From contig VBDU01000071.1 in the NCBI GenBank assembly GCA_005883625.1, positions 89,439 to 153,438 of the forward strand: DNA of 64,000 nucleotides, in the 5' to 3' direction. This stretch comes from Chloroflexota bacterium. GTDB taxonomy: Bacteria > Chloroflexota > Limnocylindria > P2-11E. Both the position numbers and the translations under genes were made by a program. The notes beneath the pieces are model-generated. The model ran no database searches, had not been told where the DNA came from, and saw nothing but the letters and a program-made list of their open reading frames with translations. Positions 35,507-51,208 of the stretch are shown here, in pieces (the first letter of the stretch is position 1; each line of letters opens with the position of its first letter).

Positions 35507-36009
35507 ATGACGCTCGCTCTCTTCAGCCCCAGCACCGACGTCGTGTCTCTCCGCGAGGCCATGGATCGTCTCTTCGAGGACAGCTTCACCCGGCCGAACG
35601 GGTGGTCCGGTCTGGTTTCCGGCCAGGTCGGCGTGCCGGTGGACCTCTGGGAGACGAAGGACGCATACCACCTTCGCGCGGACCTGCCCGGTCTGACCGC
35701 GGAGGACATCGAGATCAACGCCACGAGCGACACGATCACGTTCGGCGGCGAGATCAAGGCGCAGGCGGACGCCACGGAGGACAGCTGGCTCCGTCAGGAG
35801 CGGCGCGCCGGGAAGTTCCAGCGCGCCTTCACCCTGCCGGTGCAGATCGACCCGAACAAGGTCGAGGCGAAGTTCACGAACGGCGTTCTGGAGCTCGTGG
35901 TCCCGAAGGCCGAGAGCACCAAGCCGCGGACGATCAAGATCAACGCGAATAGCACAACAAGTAGCCAAGTCACGCAAGCAGTCAAGTCGCTTAAGGAAAG
36001 AGAGCTCGA

Positions 36010-36013
<4 letters not shown>
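35507..36013 (+). CDS. Hsp20/alpha-crystallin-family small heat-shock protein
   Basis: 168 aa with an ACD domain (...AYHLRADLPGL...FTLP...NGVLELVVPK). RBS AAGAGGAGG. Confidence 0.9.
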
Positions 36014-38442
<2,429 letters not shown>

Positions 38443-38455
38443 CCGGAGGACCGCC

Positions 38456-39444
38456 ATGCCGGTCGAGTACAAGGACTACTACAAGATCCTCGGGGTGGGA
38501 AAGAACGCCACCACCGAGGACATCAAGAAGGCGTACCGCAAGCTCGCGCGCCAGCACCACCCGGACGTCAACAAGAAGCCGGAGGCGGAGCGCCGCTTCA
38601 AGGAGATCAACGAGGCCAACGAGGTCCTCAGCGATCCCTCCAAGCGCAAGCGCTACGACACCGTGGGTCCGGACTGGGAGCGCTACGCCTCGGGCATGGG
38701 CGGTCAGCCTGGTGGGGGGTCGGGATTCCATTGGGTGTACAACGGGCCGCCCGGCGCGAATCCCTTCGGCACCGACGCGGCCGGGTTCTCCGACTTCTTC
38801 CGGACGCTGTTCGGCGACGCCGGCAACGGCGGATTCGCCGACGCCGACGATCTGCTCGGCCGGACGCGGACGCGGACGCGCTCGCGAGCGCGCGCGCGAC
38901 CGGGCGAGGACGTGGAGGCCGAGGTCGAGGTCACGCTCGCCGAGGCGTACAAGGGGACCGAGCGCGTCGTCGAGATCGCGCGCGAGAACGGCGGCGGCCC
39001 GCGACGGCTCAGCGTCAAGATCCCGGTGGGCGTCCGCGACGGGCAGCGCATCCGGCTCGCGGGTCAGGGCCTTCCCGGTTCGGGCGGCGGCGCGTCGGGC
39101 GATCTCTACCTGCGCGTCCGCGTGAAGCCGCACCCCTTCTTCACGCGCGACGGGGACGACCTCCGCGCCGAGCTGCCGGTCGCGCTGCACGAGGCCCTGC
39201 TCGGTGGCGAGGTCACCGTCCCCACGCTGAAGGGGCGGGTCACGCTTCGCATCCCGCCCGAGACACAGAACGGGCGCGTCATCCGGCTCGCCGGCCAGGG
39301 GATGCCCCGCACGACCGGCGGCTTTGGCGACTTGTATCTGACGATCAAAGTAATCCTGCCGACGAAGCTGTCGGAAAAGGAGCGGGAGATGGCGAAGGAG
39401 CTCGCCGCCGCGCGCGGGAACGAGAACGTCAGGAGTCATCTTCT

Positions 39445-39448
<4 letters not shown>
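38456..39448 (+). CDS. J-domain chaperone CbpA/DnaJ-like (no zinc finger)
   Basis: YYKILGV...HPD (J-domain), a G/F-rich region and C-terminal DnaJ_C domains. RBS GGAGGA. Confidence 0.85.
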
Positions 39449-41991
<2,543 letters not shown>

Positions 41992-41994
41992 CCG

Positions 41995-43065
41995 GTGCGG
42001 GCCGCGCTGGCGGCGCTCGCCGCGCTGGCGATCGCCGCCGCCTCGTGCGCGGGCGGACGTAGCGCCGCGCCGAGCGCGACGGGGCTTGCCGTCGCGGCGT
42101 CGAGCGCGAGGCCGAGCGCGACGGCGTCAACGGCCCCGACCGCGACCTCGACCGTCGCGCCAGGTCACGCGATCGAGGACCTCATCGCGCAGATCGACGA
42201 GGCCAGGCTCGTCGCCCACATGACGGCGCTCGCCGCCGTCGGCTCGCGCGATCCGCGCCATCCCGGGCACGAGAAGGCGGCGCAGTACCTGCGCGACGAG
42301 CTCGCGAAGCTGCCGGGGCTGGCGATCGGGCAGCACCAGACCGTCCAACAGGGCGTCAAGCTCACGAACATCATCGTCACCGTGCCGCCGACCGGGCCGT
42401 CGGCGCAGACTTCGCTCAACGGGGCGATCCTGCTCTGCGCGCACTACGACTCGACCGCGGTGCGGACCCCCGGCTGGCGTCCCGCGGTCGATCCCGCGCC
42501 GGGAGCGGACGACAACGCGACCGGGACCGCCGCGCTGCTCGAGATGGCGCGGATCCTCGCCGGCGAACGAGGCTCGCTGCGCCGTCCGATGGTCCTGGCG
42601 TTCTTCGATGGCGAGGAGCTCTTCTTCAAGGGCAGCGCCGCGTACCAGCAATCGCTGGCGGGACTCTCGCAGCCGATCACGTTCGCGGACGTCATCGACA
42701 TCGACATGGTCGGGTTCAACCCGATCGCCGACCGGCTCGACCTCATCTGGTACACGAGCGCGTCCGCGCCGCTGCGCGATCGCGTCGTCGCGGCGAACGA
42801 CCGCTACAAGATCGGCGTCTCACCGCTGAAGGGGCAGCTCGCGACGGACGCAAGCACGATCCTCGACGCCGCGCCGTTCGGGCTCGCCGGCACCCCGTCG
42901 GTCGGTCTGGTGGAGCGCTACGGCGACCCCGACGACACGTATCCGGGCAACCCCGCCTTCCACACCACGAACGACACGCCTGAGAGGGTCGTGAACCACC
43001 GCCTGTGGCTCAAGGCGGCCAGATTGGCCTTCGCGACGGGCCTGGAGCTCGCCCGCGCCGGTTAG
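41995..43065 (+). CDS. M28-family metallopeptidase lipoprotein
   Basis: Lipobox AAASC, and HYDSTAV...DDNATGTAALLE...FFDGEE, the M28 Zn-ligand motifs. Confidence 0.8.
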   Translation: MRAALAALAALAIAAASCAGGRSAAPSATGLAVAASSARPSATASTAPTATSTVAPGHAIEDLIAQIDEARLVAHMTALAAVGSRDPRHPGHEKAAQYLRDELAKLPGLAIGQHQTVQQGVKLTNIIVTVPPTGPSAQTSLNGAILLCAHYDSTAVRTPGWRPAVDPAPGADDNATGTAALLEMARILAGERGSLRRPMVLAFFDGEELFFKGSAAYQQSLAGLSQPITFADVIDIDMVGFNPIADRLDLIWYTSASAPLRDRVVAANDRYKIGVSPLKGQLATDASTILDAAPFGLAGTPSVGLVERYGDPDDTYPGNPAFHTTNDTPERVVNHRLWLKAARLAFATGLELARAG

Positions 43066-43092
43066 GCGCCGGCGCGATCGACGAGCGAGCCG

Positions 43093-44319
43093 CTAACCGG
43101 CGAGGGCCTCCGCCGCCAGGACCGTGCCCTCGCGTTCGAGCGTCTCGACCTCGCCGTCGCTGACGCCGATCTCGCCGAGGATCTCGCGCGTGTGTTCGCC
43201 AAGGAGCGGGCCCGCGCGCTCGTGCCGCAGCGGCGTACGCGACATGCGGACGGGCGAACGCGTCGCGCGGACGCGGCCGAGCTTGCTGTGCGCGAGCTCA
43301 CCCACGAAGCCGCGCGCGCGGACATGCTCGTCCTCGAGCACCTGGTCGAGCGTGTAGAGGACCCCGCAAGGGACACCCGCGCGTTCGAGGAGCCGGTACC
43401 AGTGCTCGCTCGGCCTGCGGCTGGTGACCTCCTCGATGAGCGCGGCCAGCTCCCGGTAGTTCTTCCGCCGGAGCGGCCCGGTCGCAAAGCGCTCGTCCGT
43501 CGACAGGTGCTCGAGGCCGAGCGCCGCGGCGAACGACTGCCAGTTGGCGGGCGTCGTCGCGCCGATCGTGACGTAGCCGTCCGACGTCCGGACCGCCTGG
43601 TACGGCGCGTTGATGCGGTGGGCGGACCCGAGCGGCTTCGGTATCTCGCCCGTCGCGAAGTAGCCACTCGTCTCCCAGGCCTCGAGCGCGATCGCCGACT
43701 CGAGGAGGCTCACGTCGATGTGCTGGCCCGTGCCGTCGCGGTCCCGCACGCGCAGCGCGGCGAGGATCGCGTAGGCGGCGAAGAGCGCCGCCGAGAGGTC
43801 CGCGAGCGGGACCCCCACCTTCACCGGGGGGCGGCCTTCCTCGCCGGTGATCGACATGATCCCGCTCATGCCCTGGACGATGAGGTCGAGCGCGGCGCGA
43901 TCCTTGTACGGGCCCGTCTGACCGAACCCGGACGTCGAGCTCAGGATGACGCGCGGGTTCGCCTCGGCGAGGACGGAATAGCCGACGCCGAGGTCGTCCA
44001 ACGTCCCCGGCCGGAGGTTCTCGACGACGACGTCGGCGGTCTTCACGAGCCGCAGGAAGACCTCGCGGCCGGGCGCGGACTTCAGGTCGAGCGCGAGGCT
44101 GCGCTTGTTGCGGTTCACCGCCATGAAGCCCGCGGCGTGCCCGTCGACGAACGGTCCGGCCAGGCGCGTGAAGTCGCCGCCCTTCGGGTTCTCCACTTTG
44201 ATCACGTCGGCGCCCATGTCCGCGAGCAACATGCCGCAGTACGGACCGGCCATGAAGTTCGTGAGCTCGAGGACGCGAACGCCCGCGAGCGCGTAGTCGC
44301 CCGTCAGCGGCCCTTCCAC
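43093..44319 (-). CDS. CoA-transferase family III (CaiB/BaiF-type)
   Basis: GVRVLELTNFMAGPYCGMLLADMGADVIKVE is the family N-terminal motif. Confidence 0.8.
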   Translation of the reverse strand: MEGPLTGDYALAGVRVLELTNFMAGPYCGMLLADMGADVIKVENPKGGDFTRLAGPFVDGHAAGFMAVNRNKRSLALDLKSAPGREVFLRLVKTADVVVENLRPGTLDDLGVGYSVLAEANPRVILSSTSGFGQTGPYKDRAALDLIVQGMSGIMSITGEEGRPPVKVGVPLADLSAALFAAYAILAALRVRDRDGTGQHIDVSLLESAIALEAWETSGYFATGEIPKPLGSAHRINAPYQAVRTSDGYVTIGATTPANWQSFAAALGLEHLSTDERFATGPLRRKNYRELAALIEEVTSRRPSEHWYRLLERAGVPCGVLYTLDQVLEDEHVRARGFVGELAHSKLGRVRATRSPVRMSRTPLRHERAGPLLGEHTREILGEIGVSDGEVETLEREGTVLAAEALAG

Positions 44320-45107
44320 CGGGGGGCGCGCTTGGCGAGGAACGCGTCGACCCCTTCTCTGAAGTCCTCGCTCTGGTACGCCATCTGGATGAGGTCGTCG
44401 ACCTCTTCGGTGCGGGCGTGCACGAGGAGGCGACGCACCATCTCCTTGATCGACCGGATCGTGAGCGGCGCGTTCGCCGCGATCTGCTCGGCGACTTCGA
44501 GGGTCCGCGACTCGACGCGATCGGGTTCTACGACCTCGCTGAATACACCGGCGGCCTTGCCCTCTTCGGCGTCGATGAGCCGGCCCGTGAAGAGCAGATC
44601 CTTGGTCCGCGCCGGACCGATGTAGGCCATCATCCGCGCGACCGCGGCGATCGAGAGGGTGTTGCCGAGCGTGCGGGCGATCGGCACGCCCAGGCGTGCG
44701 TCCGTCGCCGCGATCCGCAGGTCACAGGCGAGGGCGATGTTCGCGCCGCCGCCCACGGCGAAGCCGCGGATCATCGCGATCGTGGGCTTGCGCACCGCCT
44801 CGACGCGGCCGACGTTGCGGTTCTGGCGCTCCTCGTATTCGAGCGCGTGTTGCGGCGTGGTGAATTCGCGGAACTGCGAGATGTCGGTCCCGGCGACGAA
44901 CGCCTTGTCGCCCGCGCCGCGGAGGACGAGCACGCGGACGCGGTCGTCCTGGTCCACGTGCTCGCAGGCGTCGTAGAGAGCCTGGTACATCGCCCAGGTC
45001 ATCGCGTTCCGCGCCTCGGGTCGGTTGAACGTGAGGATCGCGATCGCGCCGCGACGCTCGTACAGGAGCTCGTCCGTGAGCGGCGCGAAATCCGTCTCGA
45101 CAGTCAC
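44304..45107 (-). CDS. enoyl-CoA hydratase/isomerase (crotonase fold)
   Basis: AILTFNRPEARNAM...GAGDKAFVAGTDI...GFAVGGGANIALACD. I prefer the GTG 45107 start over ATG 45179, since it leaves a divergent intergenic region before tctC. Confidence 0.75.
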   Translation of the reverse strand: MTVETDFAPLTDELLYERRGAIAILTFNRPEARNAMTWAMYQALYDACEHVDQDDRVRVLVLRGAGDKAFVAGTDISQFREFTTPQHALEYEERQNRNVGRVEAVRKPTIAMIRGFAVGGGANIALACDLRIAATDARLGVPIARTLGNTLSIAAVARMMAYIGPARTKDLLFTGRLIDAEEGKAAGVFSEVVEPDRVESRTLEVAEQIAANAPLTIRSIKEMVRRLLVHARTEEVDDLIQMAYQSEDFREGVDAFLAKRAPRWKGR

Positions 45108-45166
45108 GTGGTCATGGTAGAGACTGGCGCAGCCTCGGCGCGGACCAGAGAGTGGGAGGAACTGAG

Positions 45167-46207
45167 ATGCGGCTTTCACCGTTCGCTCTGCTGTTAGCGA
45201 CGCTCGTGACGATCACCGCGTGCGGAGGTACGGCCGCGCCGAGCGGGAGCGCGCCGAGCGCCGCGGCGAGCGCGACGCCCACGTCGACCGAGCTCAAGAA
45301 GACCGCGTCGGGGTACCCGGCGCGCGCGATCAGCTTCGTGGTCCCGTACGCGGCCGGCGGTGGGAGCGACATCCTGATCCGGTCCCTCGACAAGATCTCG
45401 CAGGACCTCAAGGTCTTCCCGCAGCCGTTCACCATCTCGAACGTCGCCGGCGGCAGCGGGTTCACCGGGAAGCAGCAGGCCCTCAGCAAGCCGGCCGACG
45501 GCTACACGCTCACGATCGGGGACGATTCCAGCATCTTCGGCCAGCTGCTCGGACAGGCGCCGATGAAGTACACCGAGTTCACCTACGTCGCGCGGCTGGT
45601 CACCGACCCCAACATGGTCGTCGTGCGTACGGAGTCGTCCCTCAAGACGCTGAAGGACTGGCTCGACGCCGCCAGGGCCAAGCCAAAGGGCGTCAGCGTG
45701 GGAGGCACGGGCATCGGCAACGCCGACCACGTCCAGCTGGCGAACATCGAGAAGCAAGCGGGGGCGTCGTTCAACTACGTCCCGTTCGACTCCGGCGGTC
45801 AGGTCATGACGAACCTGCTCGGTGGCAAGGTGGACTCCGCGATGGCGAACCCCAGCGAGGCCTACGAGCAGATGCGCGCGGGCAAGGTCCGCGCGCTCGG
45901 CATCACCACCGACAAGCGCATCAGCGACCTGCCCGACGTGCCCACGCTGAAGGAGCAGGGCGTCGACTACGTCGTCGCGCAGTTCCGCGGCGTCGCGGGA
46001 CCGAAGGGCATTCCGGCGGACGTCGTCGCGTACCTCGAGGAGGCCTTCCGCCGCGTGGCGAAGAGCGAGACCTGGAAGACCGATTACCTCGCGAAGTACC
46101 AGCAGGTGGACGGGTACATGGGCTCGGCCGAGTTCACCGCGTTCATGGACGTCTTCTTCAAGGAGCAGGAGCAAGCCTTCAAGGATCTGCCTTCGCTGAA
46201 GCAATAA
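45167..46207 (+). CDS. tctC: tripartite tricarboxylate transporter substrate-binding protein TctC (Bug family) lipoprotein
   Basis: RBS GGAGGA 6 nt upstream, lipobox ITACGG and the Bug-family fold pattern. Confidence 0.85.
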   Translation: MRLSPFALLLATLVTITACGGTAAPSGSAPSAAASATPTSTELKKTASGYPARAISFVVPYAAGGGSDILIRSLDKISQDLKVFPQPFTISNVAGGSGFTGKQQALSKPADGYTLTIGDDSSIFGQLLGQAPMKYTEFTYVARLVTDPNMVVVRTESSLKTLKDWLDAARAKPKGVSVGGTGIGNADHVQLANIEKQAGASFNYVPFDSGGQVMTNLLGGKVDSAMANPSEAYEQMRAGKVRALGITTDKRISDLPDVPTLKEQGVDYVVAQFRGVAGPKGIPADVVAYLEEAFRRVAKSETWKTDYLAKYQQVDGYMGSAEFTAFMDVFFKEQEQAFKDLPSLKQ

Positions 46208-46627
46208 GTGGCGGTCGCGCTCGCGCTGCTGGGCGCGTTCGTGCTCGTCGAGGCGTCCCAGCTGAAGATGACGAGCCTCGGCGGAGGGCCTGGACCGGGC
46301 GTCTTCCCGGTCGCGCTCGGTGTGATGCTGCTTGGGATCGGCGCGCGTCTGGCGCCGGCCGCACTGCGGGAGCGCACCGAGTTCGGGCACCTCCGCCGGG
46401 TGGCCGTGCTCATCGGCGCGCTCGCGGCCTACGCCGCGCTGCTCGACCGGTTGGGCTTCGTCATCACGACGAGCGCGACGATCGTGTTCTTGCTCGTCGC
46501 CTTCAACCCGCGCCGGCGCCCCTGGCTCGCCGCGCTCGGGCTCGCCGGGTCGGTCGGCTCGTACGCGCTCTTCTCGTCGTTCCTCAAGGTGCAGCTGCCG
46601 CCCGACCCGTGGTTCCTCTGGCCGTAG
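46208..46627 (+). CDS. tctB: tripartite tricarboxylate transporter TctB small membrane subunit
   Basis: 139 aa, 4 TM helices, immediately after the tctC stop. Confidence 0.75.
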   Translation: MAVALALLGAFVLVEASQLKMTSLGGGPGPGVFPVALGVMLLGIGARLAPAALRERTEFGHLRRVAVLIGALAAYAALLDRLGFVITTSATIVFLLVAFNPRRRPWLAALGLAGSVGSYALFSSFLKVQLPPDPWFLWP

Positions 46628-48148
46628 ATGGACCCGGTCGCCGGGCTCGGCCTTGGCTTCCAGCTCGCGCTCACGCCGACGAACCTGCTGTTCGCGCTCG
46701 TCGGCTGCCTCGTCGGCACGGCGATCGGCGTCCTGCCCGGCATCGGGCCGGTCTCGGGTGTCGCGATCCTCCTGCCCGTCATCTTCGCCAGCCGCGTGGA
46801 TCCGACGAGCGGGATGATCATGCTCGCGGCCGTCTACTACGGGTCGCAGTACGGCGGCTCGACGACGTCGATCCTCATCAACACGCCCGGCGAGTCGTCG
46901 AGCGTGATGACCTGCCTTGACGGCTACGCGATGGCGAAGAAGGGCCGCGCCGGGCCCGCGCTCGCGATGGCGGCGATCGCGTCGTTCGTCGCGGGCACGC
47001 TCGCCGTGCTCGGGCTGATGCTGCTGGCCCCGCCGCTCACCGAGTTCGCGCTCGGCTTCGGCCCGCACGAGAACGCCGCGCTCATGGTGCTGGGGCTTAC
47101 GACGCTCACGCGGCTCGCCGGGAAGTCGGTGCTGAAGGCGTTGCTCATGGCCGCGTTCGGATTGCTCCTGGGCACCGTCGGCATCGACTCGATGAGCGGA
47201 ACGCCGCGGTTCACGTTCGGCTCCGGGGCGCTCCTGAACGGTTTCGACTTCGCCGTCGTCGCGATCGGCCTCTTCGCCTTCGCCGAGCTCCTTTCGAACG
47301 CGGAGGAGTCGCTCGACCGTCCCGTCATCAGGACGAAGCTGCGCGACCTGTGGCCGACGGCGGCCGATTGGCTCGCGGTGCGCTGGACCTTGCTACGCGC
47401 GACGGTCATCGGATTCCTCATCGGCACGCTGCCGGGCGCCGGCGCCACGGTCGCGTCGTTCATGGCCTACGCCATCGAGAAGCGCGTCTCGAAGCACCCC
47501 GAGCTGTTCGGCACGGGCGTCATCGAGGGGGTCGCCGCGCCGGAGGCCGCGAACAATTCCGCGACCGGCGGCGCGATGGTGCCGCTCCTCACGCTTGGCC
47601 TACCGTCCTCGGCGACCGCCGCGATCCTGCTCGGCGCGATCAACATCTTCGGCTACCGACCGGGCCCGCTCCTCGCGATCGAGCATCCCGACTTCTTCTG
47701 GGGCGTCGTCGCCTCGATGTACATCGGCAACGTGATGCTGCTCATCCTCAACCTGCCGCTCGTCGGGGTGTGGGCGAGCATCCTGAGGATCCCCTACGGC
47801 ATCCTGCTGCCGTTCATCGTCCTGTTCACTTTGATCGGGACGTACGCGATCAATAACGACATCTTCGACATCTGGGTGATGGTCGCGTTCGGCGTGCTCG
47901 GCTGGATCATGCGCAAGTTCGACTACCCCGCGGCGCCCGTCGTGCTCGCGCTCGTGCTCGGGCCACAGCTCGAGACCAACTTTCGCCGCGCGCTCACGAT
48001 CTCGCAGGGCGACTACACGTCGTTCCTGGTGCACCCGATCGCCGCGACGCTGCTCGTCCTCGCCGTCCTCTCGCTCGTCTGGCCGATTCTCGTTCGGCTC
48101 GTGCGCGGACGGCCCACGGAGGTCCCGATCGCGGTCGAAGAGGCCTAG
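46628..48148 (+). CDS. tctA: tripartite tricarboxylate transporter permease TctA
   Basis: 506 aa with TctA family motifs ([17 protein letters not shown]...). Confidence 0.9.
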   Translation: MDPVAGLGLGFQLALTPTNLLFALVGCLVGTAIGVLPGIGPVSGVAILLPVIFASRVDPTSGMIMLAAVYYGSQYGGSTTSILINTPGESSSVMTCLDGYAMAKKGRAGPALAMAAIASFVAGTLAVLGLMLLAPPLTEFALGFGPHENAALMVLGLTTLTRLAGKSVLKALLMAAFGLLLGTVGIDSMSGTPRFTFGSGALLNGFDFAVVAIGLFAFAELLSNAEESLDRPVIRTKLRDLWPTAADWLAVRWTLLRATVIGFLIGTLPGAGATVASFMAYAIEKRVSKHPELFGTGVIEGVAAPEAANNSATGGAMVPLLTLGLPSSATAAILLGAINIFGYRPGPLLAIEHPDFFWGVVASMYIGNVMLLILNLPLVGVWASILRIPYGILLPFIVLFTLIGTYAINNDIFDIWVMVAFGVLGWIMRKFDYPAAPVVLALVLGPQLETNFRRALTISQGDYTSFLVHPIAATLLVLAVLSLVWPILVRLVRGRPTEVPIAVEEA

Positions 48149-48235
48149 CCTTGGGGCGATGAACGGACTCAAATTTGGCCCGCCCAGCGCCCGCGAGCCG
48201 GACCGATCCGGTTCGCCCGCTCGCGCGTTAGTCAG

Positions 48236-49378
48236 GTGATGCGCCTGGTGGGTGCGGTATTGGTACTCCTCTTCGTCGCGTCGGCCTGCGGTCGCCCGGC
48301 CGTCGTGCTCGAGGCGCCCTCGCCGGCGCCTGCCGGCAACGCACCGCCCGCCGGGTCGCCGAGCTCGACTCCGAGCTTCCCACCGGCCGCGTCGTCCGGT
48401 CCGGGCCCGTCGGTCGCGCCCGTGCCGAGCCTCACCCCTTGCCAGCGCGAGCTCGCGTGCAACACCGTCGCGAACGCCATCGCGGCGATCGACCCGGCGA
48501 AGATGAATGACCACCTCATCGCGCTCACCAGCGTAGGCTCGCGCGACCCGCGCCATCCCGGACACGCCAAGGCCGTCGCGTACATCAAGGAGCAGCTGGG
48601 CGCGCTCGCGTACTACGGCTGGACGATCGAGTCGCAGCGCACCGTCTACCAGGGGATCCCCCTCGAGAACATCTTCGCGAGCATCGAGGGCGCCAGCGCC
48701 GCGTCGAGCGGCTCGGCCATCCCGCCGCCACCGCCCGCGACGACCTGGGTGCTGGTCTCGGCGCACTACGACTCGACCGCGAACCGCACCCCCGGCTGGC
48801 GGCCCGCCGCAGATCCGGCGCCCGGCGCCGACGACAACGCGACCGGCACCGCCGCGCTCCTGGAATTCGCGCGGGTCGTCTCGATCACGAGCCGGGAGCA
48901 GCTGCGGAGCCGCCTGGTGCTCGCGTTCTTTGACGGCGAGGAGCTCTTCTTCAAAGGGAGCGCGGCCTACGTCGCCTCCCTGGCGAAGCCGTACAAGTAC
49001 AAGGCCGCGATCAATCTCGACATGGTCGGGTTCAATCCGCTCGCGGACCGGCTCGATCTGCTCTGGTACACGAGCGCGTCCGCCGAGCTGCGCGACCGCG
49101 TGCTGCGGGCGAACCAGACCTACGGGATCGGCGTGTCGCCGCTGAACGCGCAGTTCGCGGCCGACGGAAACACGATCATGGATGCGGCGCCCTTCGGGAT
49201 CGCCGGCATCCCCTCGATCGCGCTCTGCCAGCGCTACGGAGAGAACGACGCGACGTTCCCCGGCAATTACACCTTCCACACCATCGCGGACACGCCCGAC
49301 AAGATCACGAACAAGCGCCTGTGGCTCAAGGCCGCGAAGCTCACCCTCGCGACCGCCCTCGAGCTCGCGCGAAGCTAG
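48236..49378 (+). CDS. second M28-family metallopeptidase lipoprotein (paralog of 41995..43065)
   Basis: Lipobox VASAC and the same HYDST / DDNATGTAALLEFA / FFDGEELFFKGSAAY motifs. Confidence 0.8.
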   Translation: MMRLVGAVLVLLFVASACGRPAVVLEAPSPAPAGNAPPAGSPSSTPSFPPAASSGPGPSVAPVPSLTPCQRELACNTVANAIAAIDPAKMNDHLIALTSVGSRDPRHPGHAKAVAYIKEQLGALAYYGWTIESQRTVYQGIPLENIFASIEGASAASSGSAIPPPPPATTWVLVSAHYDSTANRTPGWRPAADPAPGADDNATGTAALLEFARVVSITSREQLRSRLVLAFFDGEELFFKGSAAYVASLAKPYKYKAAINLDMVGFNPLADRLDLLWYTSASAELRDRVLRANQTYGIGVSPLNAQFAADGNTIMDAAPFGIAGIPSIALCQRYGENDATFPGNYTFHTIADTPDKITNKRLWLKAAKLTLATALELARS

Positions 49379-49616
49379 CCCCGCCCGGCCGCGCCGGCCG
49401 TAGCCGCTGCGCGATCCAGATCACCGCGACGACCGTGAGGATCGTCCAGCCCACCGACGCGACGAGGATGCCGGCCGCGACGTCGGCACGGATGGAGAAC
49501 GACGTCTCGTCCTGCGTCACGCAGCAACCTATGGCCGCGGCGCAGTACGGCATCCCCGCGGCGAGCAGCAGCACGCCGATCGACGCCCACACGCGCAGCG
49601 TGAAAAGCGCGTGCAC
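49341..49616 (-). CDS. possible small two-TM membrane protein
   Basis: 91-aa ORF with two hydrophobic segments. Overlaps the 3' end of the M28 gene by 38 nt. Weak. Confidence 0.25.
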   Translation of the reverse strand: MHALFTLRVWASIGVLLLAAGMPYCAAAIGCCVTQDETSFSIRADVAAGILVASVGWTILTVVAVIWIAQRLRPARPGGASFARARGRSRG

Positions 49617-49640
49617 CCACGCAAGACTAGCCGCGTGGCC

Positions 49641-50174
49641 TCAGGCGGTGAGGCTCAAAGCGGAATAGATCCGGCCCAGGAATCGGCTGGGGACGGTGGC
49701 GAGCCGGCGGGTGTCGACGAAGCCCGCCTCGCTCGCCACCTGTGTCCAGGTCTCGAACGAGAGCGGGTAAGGAACCCAGTCGTTGCCGCGGTCGGAGTCG
49801 TACTCGACGAGCACGAAGCGTCCGCCCGGCCGGAGTATCGCGCGCACGCGCTTCAGGACGGGCGCCTTATCGGCGACGAAGTGAAGCGAGTTCGCCATGA
49901 CGACGCCGTCGAGGTCGTTCAGCTCGAGCGGCTTGGTGAAGTCGGCGACGTGGACGCGCAGCTGGGCCACGGGCACGGAGGACACGAACGACGCGCGAAG
50001 CTCAGCGAGCGCGCCACGGTCCCGGTCCACGGCGTGGATCGTCGCCGCCGGACCGAGGATGTCCGCGAGGGCGAGCGTGAAGGCGCCCGTGCCCGCACCC
50101 AGGTCGGCCCATGTGTCGCCGCTTCGTGGCGGCACGCCTCCTGCGAGAAGACGGACGTGATCGGCGTGGTCCAT
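49641..50174 (-). CDS. class I SAM-dependent methyltransferase
   Basis: DLGAGTGAFTLALA is SAM motif I, with a Rossmann-fold methyltransferase pattern. Confidence 0.8.
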   Translation of the reverse strand: MDHADHVRLLAGGVPPRSGDTWADLGAGTGAFTLALADILGPAATIHAVDRDRGALAELRASFVSSVPVAQLRVHVADFTKPLELNDLDGVVMANSLHFVADKAPVLKRVRAILRPGGRFVLVEYDSDRGNDWVPYPLSFETWTQVASEAGFVDTRRLATVPSRFLGRIYSALSLTA

Positions 50175-50632
50175 CAGGCCCTCCCGAGATCCGCTTGTGC
50201 CCAGCCGTCGGTCGACAGCACGAGCGTTACGGGTCCATCCGCCTCGAGCACGACACGCATGAGGGCACCGAATCGCCCTTGCTCGACCGCGAGGTCTTTG
50301 CCGCGCAGCACTCCGCAGAAGGCATCGTACAGACGTCGACCGACGTCTGGCGGTGCCGCCGCCGTGAAGTCGGGACGGCGACCGTGACGCGCATCGCCGT
50401 AGAGCGTGAACTGCGGGATGACGAGTATCGCGCCGCCGATGTCGGCGACCGCCCGCGCCATCTTCCCTCTTTCGTCATCGAAGACGCGGAGCCCGGCGAC
50501 CTTCGTCGCGAGACGCTCGCCGTCCTGCGCGCGATCGTCGGCGGCAACGCCCAGGAGCACGACGAGGCCGCGGTCGATCCGCGCGACACGCTCGTCGCCG
50601 ACGTGGACCGCGGCCGAGCGCACGCGCTGCAC
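50174..50632 (-). CDS. dtd: D-aminoacyl-tRNA deacylase
   Basis: 152 aa with Dtd motifs (...SNMPGP-like FTLYGD context ...GKMARAV). 1-nt TGATG overlap with the methyltransferase. Confidence 0.8.
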   Translation of the reverse strand: MQRVRSAAVHVGDERVARIDRGLVVLLGVAADDRAQDGERLATKVAGLRVFDDERGKMARAVADIGGAILVIPQFTLYGDARHGRRPDFTAAAPPDVGRRLYDAFCGVLRGKDLAVEQGRFGALMRVVLEADGPVTLVLSTDGWAQADLGRA

Positions 50633-50652
50633 GACGGCGCGCAGCTAGCCGA

Positions 50653-50859
50653 TCACTCCAGCATCCAGGGATTGTCGCCGCGGACGACCGCGGCGACCTC
50701 TTCCGCGCTCAGATGGCCCGGCGTAAAGACGGTCATGCTCTTTTCGATCGGCAGGCGCGTGATGTACGTGACTTTGCCAAAGCGGTAGCCGTGCTGGAAC
50801 AGGAACTTCTTCCCGTCGATCTCGACGAGCTGCTTGCGATCGGTCGACGTCGCGGGCAC
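50653..50859 (-). CDS. small hypothetical protein (68 aa)
   Basis: Coding-like codon usage and no overlap with other genes. No recognisable family. Confidence 0.35.
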   Translation of the reverse strand: MPATSTDRKQLVEIDGKKFLFQHGYRFGKVTYITRLPIEKSMTVFTPGHLSAEEVAAVVRGDNPWMLE

Positions 50860-50881
50860 GTTGCCCAGTATCGCCTGAGCG

Positions 50882-51085
50882 CTACGGCAGCCCTACGTGC
50901 TCCGGCTGCTCCGGGTCGTCCGGGAAGTCACTCGGCAACGCGCCCGTGAGGGGATCGACGAGCGGATCGACGATCGGTGTCGGCGGTGTGATGCCATCGT
51001 CAGCGAACGCGACGCGGCCCGAGAGCGAGAGGAGGAGCGCGACGGCGAGGACGGTGAGTGCGAGCCGGCTTCCAAAACGTCTCAT
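50882..51085 (-). CDS. small secreted hypothetical protein (67 aa)
   Basis: Signal peptide LALTVLAVALLLSLSGRVAFA, then a Pro/Asp-rich tail. Confidence 0.35.
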   Translation of the reverse strand: MRRFGSRLALTVLAVALLLSLSGRVAFADDGITPPTPIVDPLVDPLTGALPSDFPDDPEQPEHVGLP

Positions 51086-51208
51086 GTCTCCACCACCCCT
51101 ATTGTCTGCCCCGCGTGCGCTCAGTTACAGTCACGCCAGTCTACGGACGCTGATCTGACGCGGTCAACGTGGACGCCTGTCAGTTCGGTCTCCGATCGGG
51201 GAGCGTGC

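Noticed and set aside
48149-48235. A terminator hairpin after tctA (CCGGACCGATCCGG)
   Set aside because: Only a 5-bp imperfect stem with no U-tract. Too weak to call.
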